This document shows positions 1-11,080 of a stretch of 64,000 bases of DNA, one piece after another (within the stretch, counting starts at the first letter, position 1; each line of letters starts with the position of its first letter). A program made the translations under genes and the position numbers. Source of the stretch: Salinispira sp. (lineage in GTDB: Bacteria > Spirochaetota > Spirochaetia > DSM-27196 > Salinispiraceae); assembly GCA_965602015.1 (NCBI GenBank), contig OZ271918.1, forward strand, positions 1,696,001 through 1,760,000, given 5' to 3'. The notes below the pieces were generated by a model that worked only from the letters and a program-made list of their open reading frames with translations, was not told where the DNA came from and did no database searches.

Positions 1-737
1 GGCAGCGCCGCGGCCCACACATCACCGCCGGGTTCGCTTCCGAGCTCCACAGCACCCACAGCGACGGCAATGGCTAAAATGACAATGGCAAAACCGTCCT
101 GGAGCAATGAAGTACTGACAATGGTTGCCCCCTCGGGGCTGACCATTTGATGCTGTCCATGCAGAATCCTCGCCTGTACCCCCAAGGATGTGGAAACCGA
201 AAGGGCTGCCAGGAAGAATACCCGACGATCCAACAGGGTAAATCCGAAAAACATGGTTCCGATCAACACTCCTGCCAACAAGGCCAGGATGCTGCTTCCC
301 ATAGCCACCGCGAAACCCCTTCTGCGGGTCCGGGAAAAAAGCCCGACGTCGGATTCCAGCCCCACAACGAGTATATGAATTACCGCGCCTACCGCCGCGA
401 ACGCATATAATTGAAGGGGTATTGGAAAAGCCCCCTGGCTGAGGGGAACCAAACCGTCGCTGAATCCGGGGATGGGCAGGCTCCCTAAGGCGTAAGGACC
501 GAGAATTACTCCAACAGTCACCTCCCCCATAAGGGCGGGCAGATGGAGCCAACGTGCGATCCTGCCCGAAACCTTGGCGGCGAGAAGAATTACTCCGAGT
601 TGGAGAAGCAGGCGGGTTACTTCATGGGTTACCACCACGTCCTGTAACCCTTCAACAGCCCCAAGGGGCAGTATCGTAATAAAAAGCCCAATAAAAAGCA
701 GGGGAAACGTCTTATTTTTTGGGTGAAATACGTCCAT
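1..737 (-). CDS. Cation:proton antiporter (CPA2/Kef-type), 3' end outside window
   Basis: Hand translation from ATG at 737: MDVFHPKNK...RLLLQLGVILLAAKVSGRIARWLHLPALMGEVTVGVILGPYALG, a typical CPA2 N-terminus. Absent from the ORF track because it has no stop in the window. Confidence 0.8.
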   Translation of the reverse strand, partial: MDVFHPKNKTFPLLFIGLFITILPLGAVEGLQDVVVTHEVTRLLLQLGVILLAAKVSGRIARWLHLPALMGEVTVGVILGPYALGSLPIPGFSDGLVPLSQGAFPIPLQLYAFAAVGAVIHILVVGLESDVGLFSRTRRRGFAVAMGSSILALLAGVLIGTMFFGFTLLDRRVFFLAALSVSTSLGVQARILHGQHQMVSPEGATIVSTSLLQDGFAIVILAIAVAVGAVELGSEPGGDVWAAAL

Positions 738-803
738 CTCTTAACTGTAATAGCTCGTAGGCTTGGAGACAAGTATCATCAAATCCCCCGCGATGTGGAG
801 AGC

Positions 804-1226
804 TTATGTAGGAGTTACATCGCGTATCAGGGATTTAACCAGGTCTCTCTCTAACGGTCCATAGCGATATCCTTGATTGGTAATCGATGAAGCTGTGCCC
901 TGTGGAAAGAGTTCCGCGGGATTTCTGGTATCACCGGGACATGGATTGATGTGGAGGAAATCGCCCTCTGCAGTTTTTTCGTGGATTATCGCGGGCTTTT
1001 CAAGGGCGAAACAGAGCTCGGAGTACGTGTTGAGCAATGCAGGACGCAGCCCCTTGGTACTCAAATAGCCCTGATTCATGGCCCGCTCCAAATCCCGTCG
1101 CTCGTTTTCCCGTAAGCGGTGCGGAACTGCCCTCGATCCGATACGTCTGCGGCTAGCCTGGCCCCGAGAAAGTTTCATGATATCATCCACGAGTTCTTTG
1201 CTTCTTTTCTGTTCGCGTTTTGACAT
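804..1226 (-). CDS. Hypothetical protein
   Basis: 140 aa ORF, co-oriented and closely spaced with its neighbours; no family recognised. Confidence 0.6.
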   Translation of the reverse strand: MSKREQKRSKELVDDIMKLSRGQASRRRIGSRAVPHRLRENERRDLERAMNQGYLSTKGLRPALLNTYSELCFALEKPAIIHEKTAEGDFLHINPCPGDTRNPAELFPQGTASSITNQGYRYGPLERDLVKSLIRDVTPT

Positions 1227-1240
1227 TGCTTCCGGACCCG

Positions 1241-1894
1241 CTACCAGGCCAATTTCCCGCCCTGATAATCAACAAAGCCAAAATGATCGGTTTTGCGGAT
1301 GGTTTCTATCATGCTCGATACCGAAAACTTTATCTCGAGGGAGGCGTTGGATCCGCCCATATCAGTTTTCACCCATCCGGGATGAATCAGGATAATAGTT
1401 TGACCTTGTAAGCGGTGCTGCAATTTGCGCCCAAGCATATTGAGGGCCGCCTTGCTCACGCTGTAGGCTACAGCATAGTCCCCATCAGCCATGGCTATGC
1501 TGGCAAGGCTTGAAGAAAGCATGACGAACTTTCCGTCGGTTTTTACATGGGGAAGCAGCGCCTTCACGATATTCATTGGTCCTACTACATTTGTGCGGAA
1601 ACTGCTCATCAGATCTTCATCGGTGGGAAAACCATCAACCCGGGCAGCAGGCAAAATTCCCGCATTATTAATACAGATATCCAGCCGCTCATCACCGATA
1701 AGCTGTCGGATTTTCTCACCAAGCAGCGGGTCGGTCACATCTCCTTGAATCAGATTAATACCGGCAGTCTCTAACTCGCCGAGCACGCTGATGTCTCTGG
1801 CGACACCATAGACCTTGTTTCCCGCGCTAGCATACTGCAGCGCAAACTCCCGCCCTATTCCCCGGGATACTCCGGTTATAAGAATATTTTCCAT
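1241..1894 (-). CDS. Short-chain dehydrogenase/reductase (CsgA/C-factor-like)
   Basis: TGVSRGIG, NNAG, YSVSK (YxxxK) and IHPGWVKTDMGG motifs. Confidence 0.9.
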   Translation of the reverse strand: MENILITGVSRGIGREFALQYASAGNKVYGVARDISVLGELETAGINLIQGDVTDPLLGEKIRQLIGDERLDICINNAGILPAARVDGFPTDEDLMSSFRTNVVGPMNIVKALLPHVKTDGKFVMLSSSLASIAMADGDYAVAYSVSKAALNMLGRKLQHRLQGQTIILIHPGWVKTDMGGSNASLEIKFSVSSMIETIRKTDHFGFVDYQGGKLAW

Positions 1895-2005
1895 ACTATC
1901 AATATCGCGTTTTTAGTATGAGGTTCCAATAAAAAGTGCGGTGCATTTAAAATCAATGATTGCTATCCACCGGTCAGCTCCCGGCAAAAAAAACCAAAAT
2001 ACGTC

Positions 2006-2791
2006 TCAGATTCCCTTTGAGGCTATAAAAAGGGCTACATCAGCGCGTATTTTTAGACCGCCCTCCCCCGTCAGCTTCTTGTTAAATCTCGCCTTTATAT
2101 CGCCGTTATTTTTACGTACCAGTTCGGAAATCCTCTCGTCCTTTACCGATAGTAAATAATTCTGTATGGCATCAAAGTCGGTCACCAAAAGGGTATTGCG
2201 GTACCTTTCGATTTGTATCTGTGGAAAGGACTGAGCAAGAGCAGCCTCTCCGGATTCTGCACTAAACGAGGCGGTGATCAGGGTATTAGGCCATAAGCTC
2301 TCACCGGATATACCAATAAAGTCTCGCAACTCCGCAAGATGGAGCATCGAGTTTGTGGTGGCATAGAGAGTTCCCCGGGGCTTTAGCACCCGAAAAATCT
2401 CCGAGACCACTGTGCTCACATCCTCTGCATGGTAGAGATTGTGATTTGAAATGACGATATCGAATCGGGAATCGGGAAATGGAATGTTATGGTAATCGAT
2501 AGTTTTATATATGAATCGCTCGCTGCCCAGCATACTTCGCGATGAGACAAGCATTCCCTCGGATATGTCCGACAAAATGATTTCGGCTCTCGGGAATGAG
2601 CCGAGAAGATCCTTCCACAACATGCCGGTGCCGCATCCCAATTCAAGGATGTGAATATCTTCCTGTGGTGGAAATTTGCTAACGAGCCATTGGGATAGGG
2701 TCTCCTTGCGCAGTGCGTAATCGTAAATACTTATCCTCGCGTCCAGATTTCTCGAATCTTCATATTGCTCGCTTATCCGTTGTGAAACCAT
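2006..2791 (-). CDS. Class I SAM-dependent methyltransferase
   Basis: ILELGCGTG motif I, FDIVISNH, RVLKPRG. Confidence 0.9.
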   Translation of the reverse strand: MVSQRISEQYEDSRNLDARISIYDYALRKETLSQWLVSKFPPQEDIHILELGCGTGMLWKDLLGSFPRAEIILSDISEGMLVSSRSMLGSERFIYKTIDYHNIPFPDSRFDIVISNHNLYHAEDVSTVVSEIFRVLKPRGTLYATTNSMLHLAELRDFIGISGESLWPNTLITASFSAESGEAALAQSFPQIQIERYRNTLLVTDFDAIQNYLLSVKDERISELVRKNNGDIKARFNKKLTGEGGLKIRADVALFIASKGI

Positions 2792-3509
2792 GATGTCGTT
2801 CTCCTGTTTGAATTATGCAATCTGCTCAACTATGCTGGACGTATATACACTATGAAACGAAATTTATTGTATCAGGTCAAGAGAACCATGTCCTTCAGGG
2901 ACGCCAGCCCGACCGAGCTGGAAGATCTCAGTAAATCACTGATGCTGTATATTTTCAGTTTTGTTGGCATAGGCTTGTTTGCCGTGTTTGCTGTGGTTTT
3001 TGCTCTCCGGGGAGAAATCGGACAGGTAATAATTAATGTAAATATCGTTCTAATCCTTGCCTTTATTGTGGTATTCGCCCAAACCGAGCTGATCCAAAAA
3101 ATCAAACTTCAAATCGGAATCATCATCATCATTTTTGCCACCATGTATCTCTTTGTCACTGCGGAGGAAGATGTATCTCGGATGTTCTGGATACTGAGCA
3201 TACCGCCGGCTTTGTACTTCCTCCTGCGTTTGAAGCCGGCGCTGATAATCAACACCCTCCTGTTGCTGTTTATATTCGGTTTTCTTTTTATGCCGTTTTC
3301 ACCCGCCGTTCCAGGCTACAATGTATCCGCAATCTACCGCACCCGCTTTGTCCTTAGTTACGGGGTAATTTCGATTTTATGTCTGGTATATGCAGCCGTG
3401 AGACAAGAGATGCATCGCCGGCTCATGGAAAACCGCGAGGTGTTAGAAAAGCAGAATACAGAACTTAATTCCGCAAATGAACATGTGAAGCTGCTTCATC
3501 GAGAAATGA

Positions 3510-4860
3510 GATCACGTCCAATAATGTTCGCAATTTAGAAAAGTAAAAGGAGCCACAATTCTCTCCGAAGGTTAAGTAGCGATACACAACCAGAAGGAGT
3601 AAGTAATCATGGCCCCAAAAAACTCTACCGCAGATTTCAAGAATCTGCTATCCCAATTCACCGGTGAATCCGATCCCTTGTTTGAGATGCTCAAATGGAC
3701 AACAGAGCAGCTTATGAAAATCGAAGTCGAATCCAAGGTCGGTGCCCCCAAAGGTCAGCACTCCCACAACCGGGCTACTCACTTTTCCGGAACACGGGTT
3801 CGCCGTTTTGATACCCGATTAGGTACCATGTATCTGGTGGTTCCAAAGCTCCGAAAGGGAGGGTATATCCCCTTCTTTGTCACCGAGAAGCGCCGGTCTG
3901 AGCAGGCGCTTCTTCAGGTTGTCCAGGAAGCATTCATTAACGGCGTTTCAACCCGGAAGATTGATCGTCTGGCAAAACAGCTGGGAATCGAGAATATTTC
4001 CGCAAGCCAGGTTTCAGAAATCAACAAAGGTCTTGATGAACAGGTTGATACATTTCGCAATCGCCCCCTTGAAGCGGAGTACCCAGTAATCTGGATAGAC
4101 GCCCTGTATGAAAAGATCCGGGATGACGGGAGAGTCTACAATCATGCGGTTATGGTCGTGTGCGGCCTCAACAGGGCTGGAGAACGGGAAATCCTGGCCA
4201 TAGAGCCCATGGATGCTGAAAATGAAGACAATTACCGGTTCCTGATCCAGAGGTTGAAGGAGCGTGGCCTTCGGTCCGTGTGGCTTGTGGTCTCAGATGC
4301 GCATCTGGGATTGAAGAATGCTATCCAGAAAGAATTCCTTGGTTCCAGCTGGCAACGCTGCAAAGTACATTTCATGCGGAACGTGTTGGCAAAAGTGAGA
4401 GCCAAACACAAAGAGCATGTTGCCGCCCGTATCAAACATATCTGGCTTCAACCGGATGCCGGTACCGCACGGGAATATGCCAAACAGGTGATGGATGATC
4501 TGGAATCGCAATTCCCTGAGGCGGTGGAAATCCTGGATAACGGACTTGAAGACTCACTCCAGTTCTATGAATTTCCAAAGCTCGATCATCGGAAGGTCGC
4601 TTCGACAAACATGCTGGAAAGACTGAACCGGGAGATCCGTCGGCGGTCGAAAGTCGTCGGGATTTTCCCATCTCAGGATTCTTACCTGAGATTGGTGACC
4701 TGTTTCCTGATTGAATACACGGAAGACTGGACAGCCGGCAAGGCCTATATTAAAAAGGAAATACTGGATGAGCAACGAGATCTCATCCCGAAAATAGCCG
4801 CTTAACCCGCTGGAGGAAGCTGGCTCCTACATGAAATTGCGAACTAATTTGGACACCATT
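3510..4860 (+). mobile_element. IS256-family element, copy 1 (1351 bp)
   Basis: Imperfect IRs GATCACGTCCAATAATGTTCGCAATTT / AAATTGCGAACTAATTTGGACACCATT; 9-bp TSD GAGAAATGA (3501-3509, 4861-4869). Confidence 0.95.
3609..4805 (+). CDS. IS256-family transposase
   Basis: GVSTRK, WIDALYEK, SDAHLGL, WQRCKVHFMRN, STNMLERLNREIRRR motifs. Confidence 0.95.
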   Translation: MAPKNSTADFKNLLSQFTGESDPLFEMLKWTTEQLMKIEVESKVGAPKGQHSHNRATHFSGTRVRRFDTRLGTMYLVVPKLRKGGYIPFFVTEKRRSEQALLQVVQEAFINGVSTRKIDRLAKQLGIENISASQVSEINKGLDEQVDTFRNRPLEAEYPVIWIDALYEKIRDDGRVYNHAVMVVCGLNRAGEREILAIEPMDAENEDNYRFLIQRLKERGLRSVWLVVSDAHLGLKNAIQKEFLGSSWQRCKVHFMRNVLAKVRAKHKEHVAARIKHIWLQPDAGTAREYAKQVMDDLESQFPEAVEILDNGLEDSLQFYEFPKLDHRKVASTNMLERLNREIRRRSKVVGIFPSQDSYLRLVTCFLIEYTEDWTAGKAYIKKEILDEQRDLIPKIAA

Positions 4861-5496
4861 GAGAAATGAACCATCGTGTTAAGAACAGCTTGAGCATAAT
4901 CAACAGCATCATCGACCTCGAAACTTCACAGATTGATGATCCACGAGTCCGGGATACCCTCGATACAATTCAATCGAGAATATTCACCGTTGGCTTGGTT
5001 CACGACAAGCTTTCTGCCCGTCCAAGTTCGAACGATGTTAGTCTTTCGGAATACTTACATACCGTCATACACCAGATCATTGATTCTCACAGTACGGTAG
5101 AGATCGATCTTGAACTCGACCTGCAGTCCATCACCCTCGATTCCTCCAGGACAGTCTCAATCGGTCTGGTCGTTTCCGAGCTATTAATCAATGCCATAAA
5201 ATACGCTTTTGCGGAGAATAATTACTGCAATATCAAGGTTTCGATGGAGGAAATATCAGATACCATCAGAATTCGACTGGCCGACAACGGGAAATCCGCT
5301 GACATCAATAAGCTAAAAGCCCGAAGCGGTTCAATCGGAATGGCGCTTATCTGGGGAATTGTCGAGCAGCTCGGCGGGACGATGGAGATTAAAACCACAG
5401 CGGGCACGGAATTCGAAATACGCATTCCGACGCAACGCCCGGTGTAACAAGAAGGTCGTCCTGAAAATCCTGGACAACCTTCTTTATATGCTGGGG

Positions 5497-7695
5497 CTAC
5501 GGGCGAATATCGCCGAAAAAATACAATCGGTGATTGTGCGGGTCAACATAATCATCAAAGGAAAAAATTACCAGCACAGTCCCGTCGCTGTTGGTAGTAA
5601 AAAGTGATTTGTCAGAAGTATTGACCGAATCATCGTAGGGAACAGTACCGACGTGCACATACGAACGATTGAAGATCTTAAGACCATCTCCGTAGGTGTA
5701 AACATAGGTGTCATCGGGGCTGAACGCAGCGTATCTCGGATAAGCACCGGAGTTCCACTCCCCTGCATACGCGGAAATATTCCCCGGATTGATGTCAAAC
5801 ATTGTATATCCCGTGCCGTTGCCGCCGCCCATTGCATAGATGAGGCTCGCCTCATCGGGGCTGGTTACCAAAAATTGTCCATTGCCCCCATAGTCCCGCT
5901 GTACGCTCAATTCCGTAATGGAGCTTCCGGAAATGCCCCAGGACTTCAGCGTGGCGGAGGAGATACCCTCGTCGCCGGTTAGGATATCACCACTTGAGTC
6001 GGTAATAGCCAAAAGCGTTCCGTCCGCCTGACCGCTTGCGATATCATTTCCATTATCCATATCGATGACAAAAAGATCTTCTCCCTCGGTGAGCACATAA
6101 ATTCGGCGGCTAACAGGTGCAATCTCCATCTGCCGGGTTTTCCGGGTCTCAGCTCCTGAATCGAAATCAAACTCAGACAGGAAAGACGATGTTCCCAGAT
6201 TATACCGGCTTATCTGATCATTAAATGCATAGGCTATGTATAAGCTGTTGTCCGGTTGGGAAAATCCGATGGAAATGGGGTTTGTATAGGGTAGATCGAT
6301 GAGTGAATCAATCCTTTCATTATTCACGTCAATTTTCACGAGGTGATGCTGAGTATAATCCACGCCGTAGACCCATTGGGGATCACCGGAAGCGGTCAGC
6401 TCGGTAATTTCCCCCAGCGGTATGTAGGGCACCACTGCCGAAGCAGTAGCTGTATTGCCGTTCCCCACATTGTCCTCAAAGGTATTTTCCACAATTTCAA
6501 TACTGACGTCGCCCTGAAATGATGGAATGACTTGAACAATAAACCGCATACCAGGGGAGTAGTCCATATCTCTGTTGATTCTCTCGACTACCCCATTTAC
6601 AACATTAACATCCGATGAGCTTAACGGAGAAAAGGTATTTTCATCGACAAGCACCTCGAAATCGATCAAAGAATAATAGTAGGGGCTTTCTGACGGTCCG
6701 CTGATCGTTACGCTCGGCGCAGTCCCATCATATTCGATTGTGGATGTCTCTGCTGAGTTTGAAGCCCCATCAATGTTGGTAACCGTGTCGGCCGGAAGGG
6801 ATACGATCACATCCCCGTCGGCAATAGGCGTGACGTGAAGGGAAAAAACAATATTGTCAGCCGTCGTCAGCGAGCTCACTGTTCCGTTGGTAATGTCAAA
6901 GTCCGCATCACTGAGGTCGCTGATTTCACCGTCAAAGGTTAAGAGAAAAAGAATGGGAGATTCGTTGGTGCGTAAGAGATTAGGTTCAGGGCGGATATCG
7001 ACATTGATGCCGCTGGATATGGTAATGGTATAGGTTGCAATAGCCTCTTCGGAATATTCGCCCGAAAGACGGGTAACCGCCCGGACAGTCGTGGTTTCGC
7101 TTAGTAAAATTGGGGAAACATAGACACTGCGAGTCGCGCTGCTTGTCGGATCGCTATTGTCCAAGGTGTAGTAGATTGTCCCGCTGCTCTCGGTGGTACT
7201 TAACTCCACTTCTAACGGGGAACTATAGTTTCCTCCAAGTATATTAAATTCCGGCGAGGCGACTTGTGATTGGGGGGGAGCGTTTACATCAACACCATTG
7301 TGAATAAAGCTGAAGGTATCTTCATTAATAATAAGCTCATAGCTTTCGCCATCCTCAAACAGGAATTCGAAGGTATCACCGGTAAGCGATGAGATCAGGC
7401 GGGTGGTGTAATTCGTATTGCCAAGCACATGGGTGTACCAGATGTTTATAGACTGATCCAGCGGCACCTGGTCAAACATGACATTCGATCCGCTCGCCAC
7501 GGGTTGTGAAACTGCCAGAGCTTCCCGGGTAGAATAATCCCCAAAATTAATAACGATATTTTCATCGCTTGAGTTATTGGTAATCCGCAATTCTGCTGAT
7601 GGCTCGGGGAGATCCGGCCCCAAAATAAAATCACAGCCGGTAAAAAAAAGTATAACTGCGCTTATTACAATAATTGCTTTGCCCGTGTTTTTCAT
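5497..7695 (-). CDS. Surface lipoprotein with Fn3-associated/Ig-like domains and C-terminal beta-propeller
   Basis: Signal peptide ending FFTGC; IYYTLDNSDP; Ig-like segments (LSDADFDITNG, DNVGNGN); propeller-like repeats (AAFSPDD). Confidence 0.75.
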   Translation of the reverse strand: MKNTGKAIIVISAVILFFTGCDFILGPDLPEPSAELRITNNSSDENIVINFGDYSTREALAVSQPVASGSNVMFDQVPLDQSINIWYTHVLGNTNYTTRLISSLTGDTFEFLFEDGESYELIINEDTFSFIHNGVDVNAPPQSQVASPEFNILGGNYSSPLEVELSTTESSGTIYYTLDNSDPTSSATRSVYVSPILLSETTTVRAVTRLSGEYSEEAIATYTITISSGINVDIRPEPNLLRTNESPILFLLTFDGEISDLSDADFDITNGTVSSLTTADNIVFSLHVTPIADGDVIVSLPADTVTNIDGASNSAETSTIEYDGTAPSVTISGPSESPYYYSLIDFEVLVDENTFSPLSSSDVNVVNGVVERINRDMDYSPGMRFIVQVIPSFQGDVSIEIVENTFEDNVGNGNTATASAVVPYIPLGEITELTASGDPQWVYGVDYTQHHLVKIDVNNERIDSLIDLPYTNPISIGFSQPDNSLYIAYAFNDQISRYNLGTSSFLSEFDFDSGAETRKTRQMEIAPVSRRIYVLTEGEDLFVIDMDNGNDIASGQADGTLLAITDSSGDILTGDEGISSATLKSWGISGSSITELSVQRDYGGNGQFLVTSPDEASLIYAMGGGNGTGYTMFDINPGNISAYAGEWNSGAYPRYAAFSPDDTYVYTYGDGLKIFNRSYVHVGTVPYDDSVNTSDKSLFTTNSDGTVLVIFSFDDYVDPHNHRLYFFGDIRP

Positions 7696-7723
7696 AATGT
7701 CTCCAAAAAATGTATAAAGGGGT

Positions 7724-8974
7724 GGGCACCTCTGGAAACTCGATGTTCAGCCGCCTGGATGCGCATAACACCTGGTTTTCCTTTTTACCCGCTTACTTTT
7801 TCACATCGGTAACTGCGGTCACCGATCCATTGCTATCTATTCCGGTGGTTTACCCCACTGGTTGCTTAACCAGGAAGCAGAATCTCTGAAGATTGTACAC
7901 AAGGTTTCCAAGGCCAATCTCAAAATCTGCTCGTTGTAATCCTTTTCTCCGAATTACCCGGAAATTAAGAACATGCTTCTTGTGAGCAAATACATGCTCA
8001 ACCCGGGAGCGTGTTTTAGACCACAAGGCATTTTCTTTGCTCTGCTCCGCAGTAATCGGGGTACCGCGTTTTCCTTTGTGCATTATGCGGGCACAATCTT
8101 TTCCTGCTGTCCGGATTACCGCGGTTAAACATTTCTGTCCCCAGTAGCCCTTGTCCGCGAATACTTCCTGACGAAAATCCTGTTCCCTGTTCAGCACCGG
8201 CGCAAAAGACTCCGAATCATGGACTGACGCATTTGTTGAATGGTAGTCCAGTATTAACTTGGAACCGTTATCTATTTTTGCAGTATTCTTATAGCCAAAA
8301 TAGGACTTACCGTGTTTCACGGTCCAACCGGCATCCATATCAATCTGACTTCGACGAGGGCTGGATTCACTTTCTTCAGTATCCTCACTTTCAGCTTCAA
8401 ATTTCTCTTTTTCACCCTTCTTAAGATGACGTTTCGGCGCTTCAATAACCTCCGCATCAACAATACGTCCATCATTCAGGATAAGTTCGTTGTCGTACAA
8501 AACAGCATCAAATCTCCCGAACAGCTTTTTCATTGCTCCTGTTTTTGTCAGCTTCTCTCGAAACTCCCAGATGGTTTTTTCATCAGGCACCTTGTCACCG
8601 CTGCGAAGGCCAATAAAATCTCTGAAGCTTGTTCTGTCTTCAACCTGAAATTCCAGTTCCCCGTCGCTGAGATTATATATGCGTCCCAGAATCAGCATCT
8701 TAAACTTCATCAGTTCATCGAAAGCCGGGCGTCCACCCGGTCCTTTGGGGATGCTTTTGAGGGCTCTGCGGATAATCGGCCTAAAAATTTCCCAATTAAT
8801 GTGTTCATTCAGCTGCAGTAGCTTGTTACGCTTTCTAAGGCGCTCAAGTCTGGCATTTTCTTCACTGTCTGAAAATGATAATTGGGATCCCATATAAATC
8901 CTCCGGATGCAATCTCCGGTTATTCTAGATTCTTACTCTTCCTTTGTAAATTCTTTGAGTTTCCAGAGGTGCCC
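7724..8974 (-). mobile_element. IS5-family element, copy 1 (1251 bp)
   Basis: Perfect 18-bp IRs GGGCACCTCTGGAAACTC; 4-bp TSD GGGT (7720-7723, 8975-8978). Confidence 0.95.
7850..8893 (-). CDS. IS5-family DDE transposase
   Basis: GGRPAFD, VPDEKTIWEFRE, IVDA, YFGYK, ADKGY, RSRVEHVF motifs. Confidence 0.93.
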   Translation of the reverse strand: MGSQLSFSDSEENARLERLRKRNKLLQLNEHINWEIFRPIIRRALKSIPKGPGGRPAFDELMKFKMLILGRIYNLSDGELEFQVEDRTSFRDFIGLRSGDKVPDEKTIWEFREKLTKTGAMKKLFGRFDAVLYDNELILNDGRIVDAEVIEAPKRHLKKGEKEKFEAESEDTEESESSPRRSQIDMDAGWTVKHGKSYFGYKNTAKIDNGSKLILDYHSTNASVHDSESFAPVLNREQDFRQEVFADKGYWGQKCLTAVIRTAGKDCARIMHKGKRGTPITAEQSKENALWSKTRSRVEHVFAHKKHVLNFRVIRRKGLQRADFEIGLGNLVYNLQRFCFLVKQPVG

Positions 8975-9100
8975 GGGTATTTTTTGAATTATTATAACTA
9001 TATCACGAATTGAGGAATCGCAAAAGACAAAAGCTTTCTTTTTTTACTCGAACGCCTCGGAGATTTATCAAAACTTGTGCGCGCAATAAACGAACTGCAA

Positions 9101-9922
9101 TTACCAGGAGCCTTTACCTGCTTTGATTATTTCCCAGAGAAGAATCGATCCGGCACATGCCACATTCAGAGAGTTCACATTGCCGTCACCGGGAATCTTT
9201 ACCACAAAGTCACATAAATCCTTGATTGACCGGCTCATTCCCTTCGCTTCATTTCCCAACGCAAGCACTATCGGTAAGGGGTACTCCACATTCGAGGCAA
9301 TATTTTCCCCAGTTGAGTCAGATCCAATAAGCAATCCGGAAAATTTACTCCGAAAAAATGCGATCCATTGAACCAGCTCATCCAGCGACTGGATTTGATA
9401 GATCGGAGTATGAAAAACGCCGCCCAATGATGCTCTGATAACCTTGGAATCAAAGGGATCGACCCCATGTCCGAAAATAAGCACCCCGTCGACCCCAAAA
9501 CTATTTGCCGTACGAATGAGGGAGCCCAGATTGCCTTTATCACTCGGTCTGTCAACAAGTAAAAACACAGATTCGGGTCGAGTTATGTTTGTGGAGAATT
9601 CCCTGATGGGGTATAAAAAGGTTGCCAGCAGTTCAGAAGGCTCGCTGCGTTCACTCAGCTCATTGAATAGAAGTGCATCCATCTCAATGACATGCTCGAC
9701 AATCGAGGATTCAAGGATACCTTTTGCCCAATCACTCAAGGTTCTGTCTTTCTGATAAATCATCCGGGTGAACTGACAGCCTGCGGAAACAGCCTGCTTG
9801 AGGCTTTCTGTCCCTTCAATAAAGCCTTGTTTCAGCTTTGTTCTCTTGGATCGATTATTTTTTAACGATTCGATAATCTGAAATTCGGAATTTCTCGTAC
9901 TAATACGCAACAATCTGCTCAT
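9101..9922 (-). CDS. TrmH/SpoU-family RNA methyltransferase
   Basis: DKGNLGSLIRTA, LGNEAKG, SLNVACAG SPOUT motifs. Confidence 0.92.
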   Translation of the reverse strand: MSRLLRISTRNSEFQIIESLKNNRSKRTKLKQGFIEGTESLKQAVSAGCQFTRMIYQKDRTLSDWAKGILESSIVEHVIEMDALLFNELSERSEPSELLATFLYPIREFSTNITRPESVFLLVDRPSDKGNLGSLIRTANSFGVDGVLIFGHGVDPFDSKVIRASLGGVFHTPIYQIQSLDELVQWIAFFRSKFSGLLIGSDSTGENIASNVEYPLPIVLALGNEAKGMSRSIKDLCDFVVKIPGDGNVNSLNVACAGSILLWEIIKAGKGSW

Positions 9923-10161
9923 ATCTCCCCCTCTTATATCATATCATTTCTTTCAAAGTATCTAGGCTCTCCCAAAGATTATGATAAATAGCATGGTTTC
10001 CTTTATTGGGGCTAAATTGGAGTGTTACCATTCCATCACTCAGGAGTAGATGGAAGCTGCGGATTGTGCGACGCTCCCCCAAAAAACACAATTTTTATGA
10101 GCAAAATGATTATACTTATAGATGCAAATCCAAGTTCAGACGAGCTGAATCCGGAGGAAGT

Positions 10162-10869
10162 GTGGAAAATTTAACAGATGCAGTAATTATTGTCGCCGGT
10201 GGCACCGGGTATGTTGGCGAAGGTCTTGTTTCCAGTTTTCTGCGAGAGGGCGCTCGGGTTGTTGTGCCCTATCGCAATGAAAAAAAAGCCGATTCTCTTA
10301 AAGCCCGACTGGGACCTGAGCTTTTACAGAATTTGATTCTTTACCCTGCTGAGGTGAGCAATGAAAAAAGTATGGATAAGCTCGTGGATGACATAGTAAA
10401 GAAGTTTGGAGCAATTGATGGGGCAGTTGCTTCCCTCGGGGGATGGCATTACGGCTTCAGTCTTCATCGAATGCCCATGAAGGATTGGCAGCGTGTTGTT
10501 GAAGACAATCTGACTGCACATTTTGTTTTCATGAGCCCGGTAGTCGAACATTTTTATGCCCGGAACGCCGGTGAGTACATCATGATTAATGGCGGTGCCG
10601 CAGAGGTTCCAGCCCCTGAGGCAGGAGCCAACTCGGTTCTCGCCGCAGCCGAGAAAATGATGGCGCAAGTTCTTCGGGAAGAAGCCCATGGCACCAATGT
10701 GAATATCACCGCGGTAATCGCAACACAACCGATCAAAACCAGGGAACGCAAAATAGACAACATCGAAAATTGGCTCTCCGCAGAGGAAGTTGGGCAGTAT
10801 TGCTGTAGAGTAATGACCGGAACAGCAAATCCCAGGCAAGACGGCCTTCATTATCTGGGAACCCGCTGA
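10162..10869 (+). CDS. SDR-family oxidoreductase
   Basis: AGGTGYVG Rossmann motif; GTG start at 10162 preceded by GGAGG, preferred over the ORF-track start at 10006. Confidence 0.85.
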   Translation: MENLTDAVIIVAGGTGYVGEGLVSSFLREGARVVVPYRNEKKADSLKARLGPELLQNLILYPAEVSNEKSMDKLVDDIVKKFGAIDGAVASLGGWHYGFSLHRMPMKDWQRVVEDNLTAHFVFMSPVVEHFYARNAGEYIMINGGAAEVPAPEAGANSVLAAAEKMMAQVLREEAHGTNVNITAVIATQPIKTRERKIDNIENWLSAEEVGQYCCRVMTGTANPRQDGLHYLGTR

Positions 10870-11080
10870 TAAACACTGTCGTAAGAATAATGTAGTCTGT
10901 CATCGTATTTTCAGGGCTGCAAATTACCGTGCCCTCGCAGCTTTCGGAATAGAAAATCGTGTACTGCGCAAATTTTTCTGAGTGATGGTATGAAAGCGGT
11001 GCCTCCCCCGAGATCCTGCCAGTCAGGGTCTATATTAAATACTGAACCGCCCCGGGAATCCCGGAGAGTGTTTTGTATGA

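Larger units (their letters stand above)
2852..5447 (+). pseudogene. Membrane sensor histidine kinase (HisKA_2 type) split by IS256
   Basis: Multi-TM N-part ends LLHREM and the C-part resumes MNHRVKNSL (H-box), followed by SELLINAIKYAF, DNG and GSIGM boxes. IS256 with duplicated GAGAAATGA lies between. Confidence 0.9.

Noticed and set aside
22..552. 176-aa ORF-track entry
   Set aside because: Out-of-frame shadow of the antiporter gene starting at 737.
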